This document shows positions 10,291 to 19,563 of a stretch of DNA of 64,000 bases, one piece after another. The position numbers and the translations under genes are program-made. The DNA is from Bacteroidales bacterium (lineage in GTDB: Bacteria; Bacteroidota; Bacteroidia; Bacteroidales; Muribaculaceae). Location: assembly GCA_014800245.1 (NCBI GenBank), contig JAAVGM010000018.1, positions 26,944 to 90,943 on the forward strand, given 5' to 3'. The number at the start of each line of letters is the position of its first letter. Position 1 is the stretch's first letter. Below the pieces are notes generated by a model. The model was not told the DNA's origin and ran no database searches. It was given only the letters and a program-made list of their open reading frames with translations.

Positions 10291-11790
10291 ATGAAAACTG
10301 ATCTTAGTCTCTCACCCAATCAGGTGGTGAGATATATCGGGAAGCCTTGCGAAGAATTTCGTAAGAGCGATATCGTAAACTTCATCAAGGAGAATGGAAT
10401 CAGAATGGTCAACTTCATGTATCCCGCAGACGACGGAAGATTGAAGACACTCAACTTCGTCATCAATTCGGAAGAATACCTGGATTCTATCTTGACCTAC
10501 GGAGAACGTGTGGATGGATCAAGCCTTTTCCCATTTATCGAAGCAGGAAACAGCGACCTTTACGTTATCCCACGCTACTCCTCGGCTTTTGTGGATCCAT
10601 TCGCTGAAATCCCTACCTTGGTGATGTTGGCTTCATTTTTCGATAAATCAGGAAGCCCTCTTGATTCTTCTCCCCAATACACGCTCCATAAAGCATGCGA
10701 ATCATTCCGCAAAACCACCGAAATGGAATTTTATGCAATGGGCGAACTTGAATATTATGTTATAGCCCCGGATAATGGGATGTTCCCTGCTACCGACCAG
10801 AAAGGCTATCATGAATCCTCTCCATATGCAAAATTCAACGATTTCAGAGTGGAATGCATGGAGCTCATCGCGCAAGCCGGCGGTGATATAAAATATGGAC
10901 ATAGCGAGGTGGGTAATTTCTCTCTCGATGGCAGAATATTCGAACAGAATGAGATTGAATTCCTGCCTGTTGACGCTGAAAAGGCTGCATCGCAGCTTAT
11001 GATTGCCAAATGGATAATCCGCACCAACGCCATGAGAAGGGGTTACGACGTGACTTTCGCGCCCAAAATCACTGTAGGGAAAGCCGGAAGCGGACTCCAT
11101 ATTCATTTCAAGGTGATGAAAGATGGCAAGAATATGATGATTGAAAATGGCATACTCAGCGATATTGCAAAGAAAGCTATCGTAGGTATCCTTGAGAATG
11201 CTGAATCGATTACTGCAATGGGGAATAGAGTGCCTACAAGTTATTTCCGTCTCGTTCCTCATCAAGAAGCTCCGACCTCTATCTGCTGGGGCGATCGTAA
11301 CCGCTCAGTGCTCGTGAGGGTGCCTTTAGGTTGGACAGGCGATAAGGATATGTGCTCACAAGTGAACCCATTAGAAGAACCTGTTGCAGGAGGGTCCGAC
11401 CAAAGACAGACAGTGGAATTGCGTAGTGCCGATTGCTCCGCAAATATTTATCAGCTTCTTGCCGCAATGGTTGTAGCAGCCAAGGAAGGATTCCTGATGG
11501 AGAATGCCTTGCAGAGAGCCGACGAACTTTATGTGAGCGTCAATATTCATAGCGAAGATAATGCCGCCAAACTTCAATCCCTCAAGAATCTCCCGGATAG
11601 CTGCGTGCTTTCTGCAGAAGCACTTGAGAAGAATCGGGAAGTGTATGAGAAAGACGGTGTATTCAATCCCGCCATGATTGATGGCATAATCTCCACGCTT
11701 CTTTCTTTCCACGACCGCACACTCAGAAAAGATCTTGAGGGGAATAGAAAAGGTATGCTTGAACTCGTGGAGAAGTATTGGAATTGCTAA
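10291..11790 (+). CDS. glnA: Glutamine synthetase (type I-like, Bacteroides ~500-aa form)
   Basis: VDGSS, GELEYY, HSEVG, QNEIE, AGSGLHIH, RLVPHQEAP, NRSVLVRVP, ELRSAD. Confidence 0.9.
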   Translation: MKTDLSLSPNQVVRYIGKPCEEFRKSDIVNFIKENGIRMVNFMYPADDGRLKTLNFVINSEEYLDSILTYGERVDGSSLFPFIEAGNSDLYVIPRYSSAFVDPFAEIPTLVMLASFFDKSGSPLDSSPQYTLHKACESFRKTTEMEFYAMGELEYYVIAPDNGMFPATDQKGYHESSPYAKFNDFRVECMELIAQAGGDIKYGHSEVGNFSLDGRIFEQNEIEFLPVDAEKAASQLMIAKWIIRTNAMRRGYDVTFAPKITVGKAGSGLHIHFKVMKDGKNMMIENGILSDIAKKAIVGILENAESITAMGNRVPTSYFRLVPHQEAPTSICWGDRNRSVLVRVPLGWTGDKDMCSQVNPLEEPVAGGSDQRQTVELRSADCSANIYQLLAAMVVAAKEGFLMENALQRADELYVSVNIHSEDNAAKLQSLKNLPDSCVLSAEALEKNREVYEKDGVFNPAMIDGIISTLLSFHDRTLRKDLEGNRKGMLELVEKYWNC

Positions 11791-11827
11791 CACCATTCTT
11801 TCCCGAGTCTATCTAATCCTAATATAA

Positions 11828-11878
11828 AATAAGCCATGCATCGTTGTTCTCTTCCGAGAAGCGAATGCATGGCTTATT
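11828..11878. terminator. Hairpin terminator between convergent glnA and mscS
   Basis: AATAAGCCATGCAT...ATGCATGGCTTATT 14-bp arms. Confidence 0.75.
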
Positions 11879-11954
11879 CTATTTTATTAAGTAGCTAATT
11901 ATTTACTTCATTTATATATACATTAATTTATTTATAAATGAAGTCCATTATTTA

Positions 11955-13103
11955 TTACTGCTTGTCCCGGTCTGGAGTCTGATCAGCTCCGTGAATATTA
12001 TCCGGCTTATCAAAATGCACGTCAAGTTGCGGGAAGGGGAAAGAGAATCCATTTTGTGGCAATTCAGTATAAAATCGCTCATTCATATCAAAATAGAGTG
12101 CCCAATAGTTGTCATTATGCGTCCAGGCTCTGATTGTAAGATTGATTGAAGAATCTGCAAGCTCTTTCAAAGCAACAAATGGCTTCCTTTCCACTTTTTT
12201 AGGAATTGAAGCATTCATCTTAATATCGTCAGAGAGCTTTTCCTTTATCTTTTTATGTTTCTTTTTTAAACCGGGAATCAGATATTCATACCATTTCACC
12301 TTTTGTTCGGGCTCTTCATTAATTACTTCCTCCTGCTTTTCGCTCTCTACTGAATGTTTTTTATGCTCAGCCCGAAGCTTCATATCATCTTCTATATACT
12401 GCTTCACCACCCTCGAATCGCTATTAAGCATCTCAAGAATGAAGGCTTTAGCAGCAGCAAAATCCGTATCATAAGATAATCCAATGGTCCAATCCACTCT
12501 TCTATAATCCTCCAAAGAGAAATTATTTATCGAACTTGTGGAAAGCCCTCCATTAGGGATAATGATGGCTTTGTTATCTACCGTATTAATAATAGTATGG
12601 AAGAGTTGAATTGACTTAACATTGCCGCTATATCCCTGCGCCTCAATATAATCCCCCACCTTATATGGTTTTAAGAGAAGTATCAGCACCCCACCTGCAA
12701 AATTCTGCAACGTGCCGCTTAATGCCATACCGATTGCAACACCGGCCGATGCAAACAAGGCAAGAAAACTACTTGTCTCTATCCCTAAAATCCCGATTAT
12801 TGTGATAATCAAAATAAAATAGAGAACCATCTTCACTAACGAAAGCACAAACGTAGTGAGCGATGCATCCATTTTTCTGGATGTCATTACATTGAGTGTG
12901 GTCTTATATATTTTTCTGATTATAAAACGCCCAAGGTAGAACACCAAGATAGCAATCAGCAGTTTAAACGAAAAGTCAACCAACGTATTCGCAATCTTTG
13001 CCATTGCATCGTCAAATGAGAGTCCCTTTAGTTCGCTAAAGGCATTTGCTCCACTCGGGATACTATCCGGGAGCACTGTTATCGGCATCTCTGTCTGTAA
13101 CAT
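11955..13103 (-). CDS. mscS: Small-conductance mechanosensitive channel (MscS family) with a cytoplasmic insertion
   Basis: AGVAIGMALSGTLQNFAGG, PYKVGDYI, IPNG, RRVD, LADSSINL, FPFPQLDVH. Confidence 0.9.
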   Translation of the reverse strand: MLQTEMPITVLPDSIPSGANAFSELKGLSFDDAMAKIANTLVDFSFKLLIAILVFYLGRFIIRKIYKTTLNVMTSRKMDASLTTFVLSLVKMVLYFILIITIIGILGIETSSFLALFASAGVAIGMALSGTLQNFAGGVLILLLKPYKVGDYIEAQGYSGNVKSIQLFHTIINTVDNKAIIIPNGGLSTSSINNFSLEDYRRVDWTIGLSYDTDFAAAKAFILEMLNSDSRVVKQYIEDDMKLRAEHKKHSVESEKQEEVINEEPEQKVKWYEYLIPGLKKKHKKIKEKLSDDIKMNASIPKKVERKPFVALKELADSSINLTIRAWTHNDNYWALYFDMNERFYTELPQNGFSFPFPQLDVHFDKPDNIHGADQTPDRDKQ

Positions 13104-13152
13104 TCCTTTTATATATTTGAATCAGATTAATTATAGCTTATGTTGTATAAAC

Positions 13153-13187
13153 AAAAAAATTCCCTTTATATAATATAAAAGGAATTT
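13153..13187 (-). terminator. Intrinsic terminator of the clostripain gene
   Basis: AAATTCCCTTTATAT/ATATAAAAGGAATTT stem; the C.A mismatch is a G.U pair on the minus strand; U-tract on the minus strand. Confidence 0.7.
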
Positions 13188-13200
13188 ACTTAAACTTGGT

Positions 13201-14403
13201 TCATTCTGCTACGTATGTGGCCTTATACCAATCAAGCGTCTTGTAATAATCATCTTTCTTTGTTTGAGAATCCTTGAAAAGATGCGTACTAACGCCTGAA
13301 TAATTATCTTTTATAATAGCTTTTCCGTTGAAATCTCTATCAGAAGCAACCGAATAAATTACAAATTCATCCATAGCCGATTCAAATTTCTTCAAGAGAG
13401 ATTCGGAATCATTAGCTTGAGCATACTCCCTGACGTATTGTCCGAAATCATAATAAGGATTGCCTGAAGAGCGTGAATAATTCTGAAGCCCGTAAGATTC
13501 GGGACGCTTATCTCCAAAAGTATAAACAGCATGGCATGCATCAGCCACTCCGGCAATCTTAGACATATCCATAACCGCAACGGTTACTGCGATTCGACGA
13601 GCATCGTAGTGATCGTATAGTGCCTGAGCCGCCCCGACCAAATCTTTCTCATCCTTCAACACATAAGGAAGCACCTCATCATATGGAAGCCCGTCAGAAG
13701 CAATTTCAGTAGGATATGCCACCATCCATTTGCATTTATTCCGCAATTCATAGACCGTTTCTATATTGCTCATATAGCAACAATCAAACCATATTGTCTC
13801 AAAAGTTTGATCAGGAATTGCCTCTTTAAGCTCATCAATATCCATCCAATCCCTCGAATTGTCTCCTCCAAAGGCCGCAACCTCCGGGAAATCTCCTTGA
13901 TTGATTTCCATCGATTCTACAGAAATGGATCGCGTAGCGGTGTGATCTGAGAAGTATGGTGTCCAAGACATTCCATGCCCCCATAAAAAAAGATTGTAGA
14001 TGTCTCCCTTTTCTTTCAATACCTCATCTATAATATCTTTCATCCTCTTGGGATCTGTAGGAAGTAAATTCCGGTCGTATTCTTTCTCAAGAATAAATTC
14101 AGCATCAGATCCTTGAACTGCTTTAAACAAGCCGGACACAATATCCCCATTAGAATTTTTATATGTCTTGAAAAGATATATCACATCCTCTCCATTATCG
14201 ATTTTACCCAACGCATCAATCATCTGATTTTCATTTAGGGTAAGAGCGGAGGCCAATCCATTGCCATAATTGACTGCATATACGAGCGTGACCTGCTTCA
14301 CATTTTTTTTATCCGCCGGAATCGGATTGGGTTCATCCTTTGATTCTTTACAGCCTGCAAATAAAAGAAAACTGATTAAAAGGGTAGAAAGAATTTTTTT
14401 CAT
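13201..14403 (-). CDS. Clostripain-related cysteine peptidase (C11) lipoprotein
   Basis: Lipobox LFAGC; catalytic His in WGHG and Cys in FDCCYM; E.AYELR-like ETVYELR. Confidence 0.88.
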   Translation of the reverse strand: MKKILSTLLISFLLFAGCKESKDEPNPIPADKKNVKQVTLVYAVNYGNGLASALTLNENQMIDALGKIDNGEDVIYLFKTYKNSNGDIVSGLFKAVQGSDAEFILEKEYDRNLLPTDPKRMKDIIDEVLKEKGDIYNLFLWGHGMSWTPYFSDHTATRSISVESMEINQGDFPEVAAFGGDNSRDWMDIDELKEAIPDQTFETIWFDCCYMSNIETVYELRNKCKWMVAYPTEIASDGLPYDEVLPYVLKDEKDLVGAAQALYDHYDARRIAVTVAVMDMSKIAGVADACHAVYTFGDKRPESYGLQNYSRSSGNPYYDFGQYVREYAQANDSESLLKKFESAMDEFVIYSVASDRDFNGKAIIKDNYSGVSTHLFKDSQTKKDDYYKTLDWYKATYVAE

Positions 14404-14506
14404 GTTGCGATATTAGCTTTTTAGATTGGATGGAAAGCATAAGATTACTGAGGAAAGAATTTATCCTTGCTTTCAAAATTAATTATATAAGCCTTGTATT
14501 TTAACG

Positions 14507-14538
14507 CAAATTTAATCTAAATATTCTTTCATTACAAA
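14507..14538 (-). promoter_or_regulatory. Housekeeping promoter of the clostripain gene
   Basis: Minus strand TTTG-N20-TAAATTTG. Confidence 0.7.
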
Positions 14539-14572
14539 TTTTTCGACTCTCTAAAATAAAATAATTGTTTAT

Positions 14573-14595
14573 TTAACATTAAAATGTTAATTTTG
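14573..14595 (+). promoter_or_regulatory. rprXY promoter -7 element overlapped by an 18-bp palindrome
   Basis: TTAACATT-AA-AATGTTAA (14573-14590) overlaps TAATTTTG (14588-14595). Confidence 0.55.
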
Positions 14596-14750
14596 TAACC
14601 TATTTGTTAATTTTTATCCCTATTCCCTTATTTTGATATTTCTTTTTATACAAATCGAAACTAAAGACAGGGAAGGGATGTTAATAAATATAAATTAGTA
14701 TTTCAAAAATAAAACTTCAATTCAAACAACCATAATTAACCGGCGCGACA

Positions 14751-16322
14751 ATGAAAAAATCATTAATCTGGCTTTTGACAATCGTTATGGCGATAACTTT
14801 CGGTGCACTGCTCTATTTTCAAATAATGTATCTTGAAAATATGGTCAAGATGAGAGAAGAGCAATTTTCAGAGGGTGTGATGCGCTCATTAAATTCCACC
14901 GCCGAATTCATGGAAAAACAAGAAACCATGCATTTTTTGGAAGAAGATGTCAATATAATTGAATCAAGTCTCTATTCTGATTATGACGATGATGAAGAGG
15001 AAGAAAATATCGAAGACTCATCCAATAGTCTTGAATATTCCGTTCAAAACCGTGACGGAAGTGTGACTCAATACACTCTTTCATCCAAAGTTGATGCCTC
15101 CAACAGCAAACCGACAAAGTTAGGTTATTCCTCAGGTACACAGGGAGTCAGTGCAAGATACCGCAATATGCAGGAAGTGATCAGAAGCCAATATCTATAT
15201 CAGAAAGGTCTGATCACTGAAGTGATTCTATCAATTCTCCGCGATTCCGGTGCACGTCCGTTGATGGAACGAGCAGATTCCATTGTCATCAAAAACTGTC
15301 TAAGCACTGAATTGGCTAACAATGGTTTGAACGTTCCATTCGTTTTTGCACTCTATAATTCAAGAAACAATCTCCTATATTCCACTAATGGATATATCGA
15401 AAATGATGAGGATGCAAATAATTATAGCATTCATCTCTTCGCTAATACAGACGTGAATTATAGATTGAGTGTTCAGTTTCCAACCAAGAGCAATTACATT
15501 TTCTCCTCAGTGAGGTTTATAATCCCCACACTTGCTTTTACAGTGATTCTCCTGATCATTTTCCTTTACACCGTATTCCTGATTTTCCGACAGAAAAAGC
15601 TTACGGAGATGAAGACCGACTTCATCAACAATATGACCCACGAGTTGAAAACACCTATATCAACTATTTCATTGGCCGGTCAGATGCTCAGCGATCCGAC
15701 TATCAGGAAATCGCCCGCTTCGCTCTCTCATCTTTCAGAAGTGATTACTGATGAATCAAAGAGATTGCGTTTTCAGGTTGAAAAGGTGTTGCAGATGTCA
15801 GTATTCGACAATACCGGAAGCGCTTTGAAATTTGTGGATGTTGATGCCAACTCCATTATCGATTCTGTAGCAAATACTTTCAAAATAAAAGTAGAAAAAT
15901 ACGGAGGCACCATATCCACCAATATTGAGGCACCTGAGGCTGAAGTAAAGGTGGATGAAATGCAATTCACAAACGTTATCTTCAACCTTCTTGATAATGC
16001 GGTGAAATATATGAAAGAAGATGTTGAGCCACAACTGGAAATCTCTACAAAGAATCTTTCAGGGAATCGACTCGAAATCAGAGTTTCAGATAATGGTATC
16101 GGCATAAAGAAAGACGATCTGAAAAGAATTTTCGAAAAATTCTATCGTGTTTCCACCGGCAATCGTCACGATGTGAAAGGATTCGGACTCGGATTAGCCT
16201 ATGTAAAGAAAATGATCACTCTTTTCGGAGGCACAATCAGCGTGGAAAGCGAATTCGGAAAAGGAACAACTTTCATCATTATTCTCCCCCTGGCAGGAAA
16301 TAATGAAGACTTGGAGGATTAA
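14751..16322 (+). CDS. rprX: Sensor histidine kinase, RprX type
   Basis: Two TMs; H-box DFINNMTHELKTP, N-box NLLDNAVKY, G1 DNGIGI, F-box FEKFYRV, G2 GFGLGL. Confidence 0.85.
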   Translation: MKKSLIWLLTIVMAITFGALLYFQIMYLENMVKMREEQFSEGVMRSLNSTAEFMEKQETMHFLEEDVNIIESSLYSDYDDDEEEENIEDSSNSLEYSVQNRDGSVTQYTLSSKVDASNSKPTKLGYSSGTQGVSARYRNMQEVIRSQYLYQKGLITEVILSILRDSGARPLMERADSIVIKNCLSTELANNGLNVPFVFALYNSRNNLLYSTNGYIENDEDANNYSIHLFANTDVNYRLSVQFPTKSNYIFSSVRFIIPTLAFTVILLIIFLYTVFLIFRQKKLTEMKTDFINNMTHELKTPISTISLAGQMLSDPTIRKSPASLSHLSEVITDESKRLRFQVEKVLQMSVFDNTGSALKFVDVDANSIIDSVANTFKIKVEKYGGTISTNIEAPEAEVKVDEMQFTNVIFNLLDNAVKYMKEDVEPQLEISTKNLSGNRLEIRVSDNGIGIKKDDLKRIFEKFYRVSTGNRHDVKGFGLGLAYVKKMITLFGGTISVESEFGKGTTFIIILPLAGNNEDLED

Positions 16323-16426
16323 TTATAGTAAAAGTTAAATATTTTTACTATCCTAAAAAGAAAAATGGCTGTATAAATGTTATAAATAATAGAAATTACT
16401 AAGGAAAATAAAAAAACTATATAAAT

Positions 16427-17143
16427 ATGGATGATAAACTTAAAATACTTCTCTGTGAGGATGACGAGAATTTAGGCATGTTGCTTAGGGAGTTCCTTCA
16501 GGCGAAGGGATTTAATGCCGACTTGTATCCTGATGGAGAAAAAGGATACAAAGCTTTCTTAAAGGGGAAATATGATATGTGTGTGCTGGATGTAATGATG
16601 CCTAAGAAAGATGGATTCACACTCGCCCAAGAAATTCGCAATGTAAATGGTGAGGTTCCAATCATCTTCCTCACAGCAAAGGCTCTTAAAGAGGATATTC
16701 TTGAAGGCTTCAAGATTGGTGCGGACGACTATATCACCAAGCCTTTCTCCATGGAAGAGTTAGTATTTCGTATCGGTGCAATCCTTCGCCGCGTAAAAGG
16801 GAAAAAGGATAAAGAAATCACACTATATAAGATAGGAAAATATACGTTCGATACCCAGAAGCAAGTGCTGATTGCCGACGACAAAACTCAAAAACTTACA
16901 ACAAAGGAATCCGAGCTTTTGGCTCTTCTTTGTTCGCATGTCAACGACATCCTTGAGCGCAACTTCGCATTGAAGTCGATATGGATTGACGATAATTATT
17001 TCAATGCACGAAGCATGGATGTATATATCACCAAGCTCCGTAAGCTTCTTCGCGATGATCCTGCAATCGAGATCATCAATATCCATGGGAAAGGCTATAA
17101 GCTGATTGCTCCTGATGTAGAAGCCGGATCTGCAGAGGAATAA
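16427..17143 (+). CDS. rprY: OmpR-family response regulator RprY
   Basis: EDD, LDVMMPKKDG, GADDYITKPF and the RprY-type signature WIDDNYFNARSMDVYITKLRK. Confidence 0.9.
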   Translation: MDDKLKILLCEDDENLGMLLREFLQAKGFNADLYPDGEKGYKAFLKGKYDMCVLDVMMPKKDGFTLAQEIRNVNGEVPIIFLTAKALKEDILEGFKIGADDYITKPFSMEELVFRIGAILRRVKGKKDKEITLYKIGKYTFDTQKQVLIADDKTQKLTTKESELLALLCSHVNDILERNFALKSIWIDDNYFNARSMDVYITKLRKLLRDDPAIEIINIHGKGYKLIAPDVEAGSAEE

Positions 17144-17209
17144 GGTTTATTCTGCGTAATTTTAAAAACACTTATATTTGAGTTGAGAAAAAGCTTGTGA
17201 AAAAAATAG

Positions 17210-17252
17210 ATAACAAAGACATGGTTTTATATGGTGTCTTTGTTATTTTTTT
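17210..17252 (+). terminator. Intrinsic terminator of rprXY
   Basis: ATAACAAAGACA/TGTCTTTGTTAT stem followed by a T run. Confidence 0.7.
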
Positions 17253-17253
17253 G

Positions 17254-17261
17254 TATTTTTG
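17254..17261 (+). promoter_or_regulatory. -7 promoter element for plsC-thiD(-thiE-sod)
   Basis: TATTTTTG, 24 nt upstream of the ATG. Confidence 0.55.
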
Positions 17262-17285
17262 CAACTAACAAAACTAACTATTTAA

Positions 17286-18011
17286 ATGAATAAGTTTTTA
17301 CGTGTCCCATATTTTATCTACCAATGGTTCATCGCCGGACCAATATTTGTTGTAGCAACGTTCATAACAGCCCTCATCACCGGGATTGGATCCATGATAG
17401 GCAACAAAGAATTCTGGGGATATTGGCCTCCAAAATATTGGTCAATGTTCACGTGCTTCCTCTTTCTAATGCGAGTGAAGGTGATCGGAAGAGAAAATAT
17501 AGATAAAGACACCTCTTATGTATTTGTGGCGAATCATCAGGGAGCCTATGATATATGGTCGATTTATGGATTTCTCAACCATAATTTTAAATGGCTCATG
17601 AAAAAGGAACTCGAAAAGATTTTCGCCGTCGGATCGGCTTGCAAAAAAGCCGGACATGTCTTTGTTGATGATTCAAGCATTGGCGGAATCCGAGAGACAA
17701 TCAAGGAATCAGAAGAGACTCTTAAGGATGGAATGTCACTTGTGATTTTTCCGGAAGGGAGCCGTTCTTGGGATGGAAAGATGATTCCATTTAAAAGAGG
17801 AGCTTTCATGCTGGCGGCTGAATTCAGATTGCCCGTTGTGCCGATCACAATAGATGGCGCTTTCAAAGCCATGCCTCGCTTCACTTATAACATGACACCC
17901 ACCACAATAACCCTTACCATCCATAAGCCGATTTATCCGGGAGAAAAAGGATTTAACACTAAAAAACTTTTACAACAATGTACAGAAGAGATTCAGTCAG
18001 CACTCTCCTGA
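17286..18011 (+). CDS. plsC: 1-acyl-sn-glycerol-3-phosphate acyltransferase
   Basis: ANHQGAYD (HX4D), FPEGSRS, FKRGAF, PVVPITI. Confidence 0.88.
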   Translation: MNKFLRVPYFIYQWFIAGPIFVVATFITALITGIGSMIGNKEFWGYWPPKYWSMFTCFLFLMRVKVIGRENIDKDTSYVFVANHQGAYDIWSIYGFLNHNFKWLMKKELEKIFAVGSACKKAGHVFVDDSSIGGIRETIKESEETLKDGMSLVIFPEGSRSWDGKMIPFKRGAFMLAAEFRLPVVPITIDGAFKAMPRFTYNMTPTTITLTIHKPIYPGEKGFNTKKLLQQCTEEIQSALS

Positions 18012-18784
18012 CTATTGCAGGTTCCGATAATTCCGGGGGTGCCGGAATACAAGCAGATGTCAAAACGGCAGCTGCTTTTGGAGTGTACGCTTCAACTGTC
18101 ATCACCGCACTTACGGCTCAGGCAAAATCAACAATCAAGAGTATCTTTCCCACCCCTATAAATATATTGGCAGATCAAATTGATACGATTTTCGAATCAT
18201 TTACTCCGGATGCTGTAAAAATTGGTATGATTCCGTCTGTTGAAGCGGTTGATCTAATTGCCGACCGTCTCACACGATATGGAGCCAAAAATGTTGTGAT
18301 CGACCCGATCATAGTGTCGCTTGATGGCGAACGTCTCTCCGGAATCAATCTTGATATTTTCAATGAAATAAAAAGGAGACTCTTCCCTATTGCCACATTG
18401 GTTACACCCAATTTTGAGGAGGCATTAGCTATAACCGGATTGGAGCGCCTGGAGAGTGCGAAGGATTTCGGAAAAATTCTTTATGAAAAGTCAGGTGCGC
18501 CGGCAGTTCTTCTTAAAGGAGGAGACAGCAAATCGGAATATTGCACGGATATCCTTTTCTCCGAGGAAGATACCCGTATGTTCCGACAATCTAAAATCAT
18601 CACGGATAATACACACGGCACAGGAAGTGTCCTGTCGTCGGCAATTGCTTGTGGGCTTGCCAAGGGTTATCAACTCCCCAAGGCTGTCAGAATGGCAAAG
18701 GATTATGTTTCTTTTGCATTGCAAAAAGGAGTTGATCTGGGTCTTTCAGAAGGGAACGGCCCGCTTTATATTTTCAATCGTTAG
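17978..18784 (+). CDS. thiD: HMP/HMP-P kinase ThiD homologue with substituted active-site residues
   Basis: LTIAGSD.SGGAGIQAD, KIGM, TPN..EA, THGTG; start overlaps plsC by 34 nt. Confidence 0.85.
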   Translation: MYRRDSVSTLLTIAGSDNSGGAGIQADVKTAAAFGVYASTVITALTAQAKSTIKSIFPTPINILADQIDTIFESFTPDAVKIGMIPSVEAVDLIADRLTRYGAKNVVIDPIIVSLDGERLSGINLDIFNEIKRRLFPIATLVTPNFEEALAITGLERLESAKDFGKILYEKSGAPAVLLKGGDSKSEYCTDILFSEEDTRMFRQSKIITDNTHGTGSVLSSAIACGLAKGYQLPKAVRMAKDYVSFALQKGVDLGLSEGNGPLYIFNR

Positions 18785-18867
18785 CCCGTCAGCTCCCCTA
18801 TCTTGATGGATCTTTCCAATAAACTATTATATTGGATTTAGTGTTATAATGGTAAAAATAGAATACA

Positions 18868-19509
18868 ATGCTACAATTCATAACCAACGATAAATCACCT
18901 GTTCCTGTCGCTGAACAGGTGAAAGGATTCATTCAAGGCGGCGGAAGATGGGTCCAGCTCAGAATGGACAATGCTTCCGACGAAGAGATTAGTAAAGTTG
19001 TGGAAGAGATTAAGCCGTTATGCATGGAGGTTCAAGGCTTTCTGCTCCTGCATAATCGCGTCGAACTCGCAAAAACCCTTGATGTGGGAGGTGTGCATCT
19101 TGAAAAAAGTGGTATCCTTCCTTCCAAGGCTCGTCTGGATTTAGGTCCGGCAGCCGTGATTGGAATTTCCGCCAACACCCTCGACGATGTAAAGGCTGTA
19201 AGATCCTTAGATGTGGATTATGTAGCAATTGGTCCATTCCGTGAAGGTTATCTTTTTGACCATTCCGCTCCTGTCTTAGGATTAAATGGCATAAAGGAGA
19301 TTGATGCAGAAATGCAGCGACTTGAAATCAACCTTGCCCATGTAGCGGCCGGAGGGATAAAAAAAGAAGATGTGGAAGCTCTAATGAAATCCGGTGTTAA
19401 TGGCATAGCTGTGAGCGATGCCATTGCCATGGCCGAAGATGTGAAAAAGGAGACAGAAGCTTTTCTTGAAATTCTGAAGCCCTTTGAAAAGTTTAGCAAT
19501 GAAGCTTAA
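18868..19509 (+). CDS. thiE: Thiamine-phosphate synthase (ThiE/TenI-fold) homologue, catalytically degenerate
   Basis: MLQFIT, WVQLRM, GVHL, DYVAIGPF, GGI, GIAVS scaffold present, catalytic motifs altered. Confidence 0.75.
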   Translation: MLQFITNDKSPVPVAEQVKGFIQGGGRWVQLRMDNASDEEISKVVEEIKPLCMEVQGFLLLHNRVELAKTLDVGGVHLEKSGILPSKARLDLGPAAVIGISANTLDDVKAVRSLDVDYVAIGPFREGYLFDHSAPVLGLNGIKEIDAEMQRLEINLAHVAAGGIKKEDVEALMKSGVNGIAVSDAIAMAEDVKKETEAFLEILKPFEKFSNEA

Positions 19510-19563
19510 GCCTCACAATGCTTAGGCATTAATCCAATATGTTTACTTAAAAATTTATATATT

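Noticed and set aside
17900-18870. TPP riboswitch for thiD/thiE
   Set aside because: thiD overlaps plsC, and the 83-nt thiD-thiE gap lacks the CUGAGA/ACCUG core.
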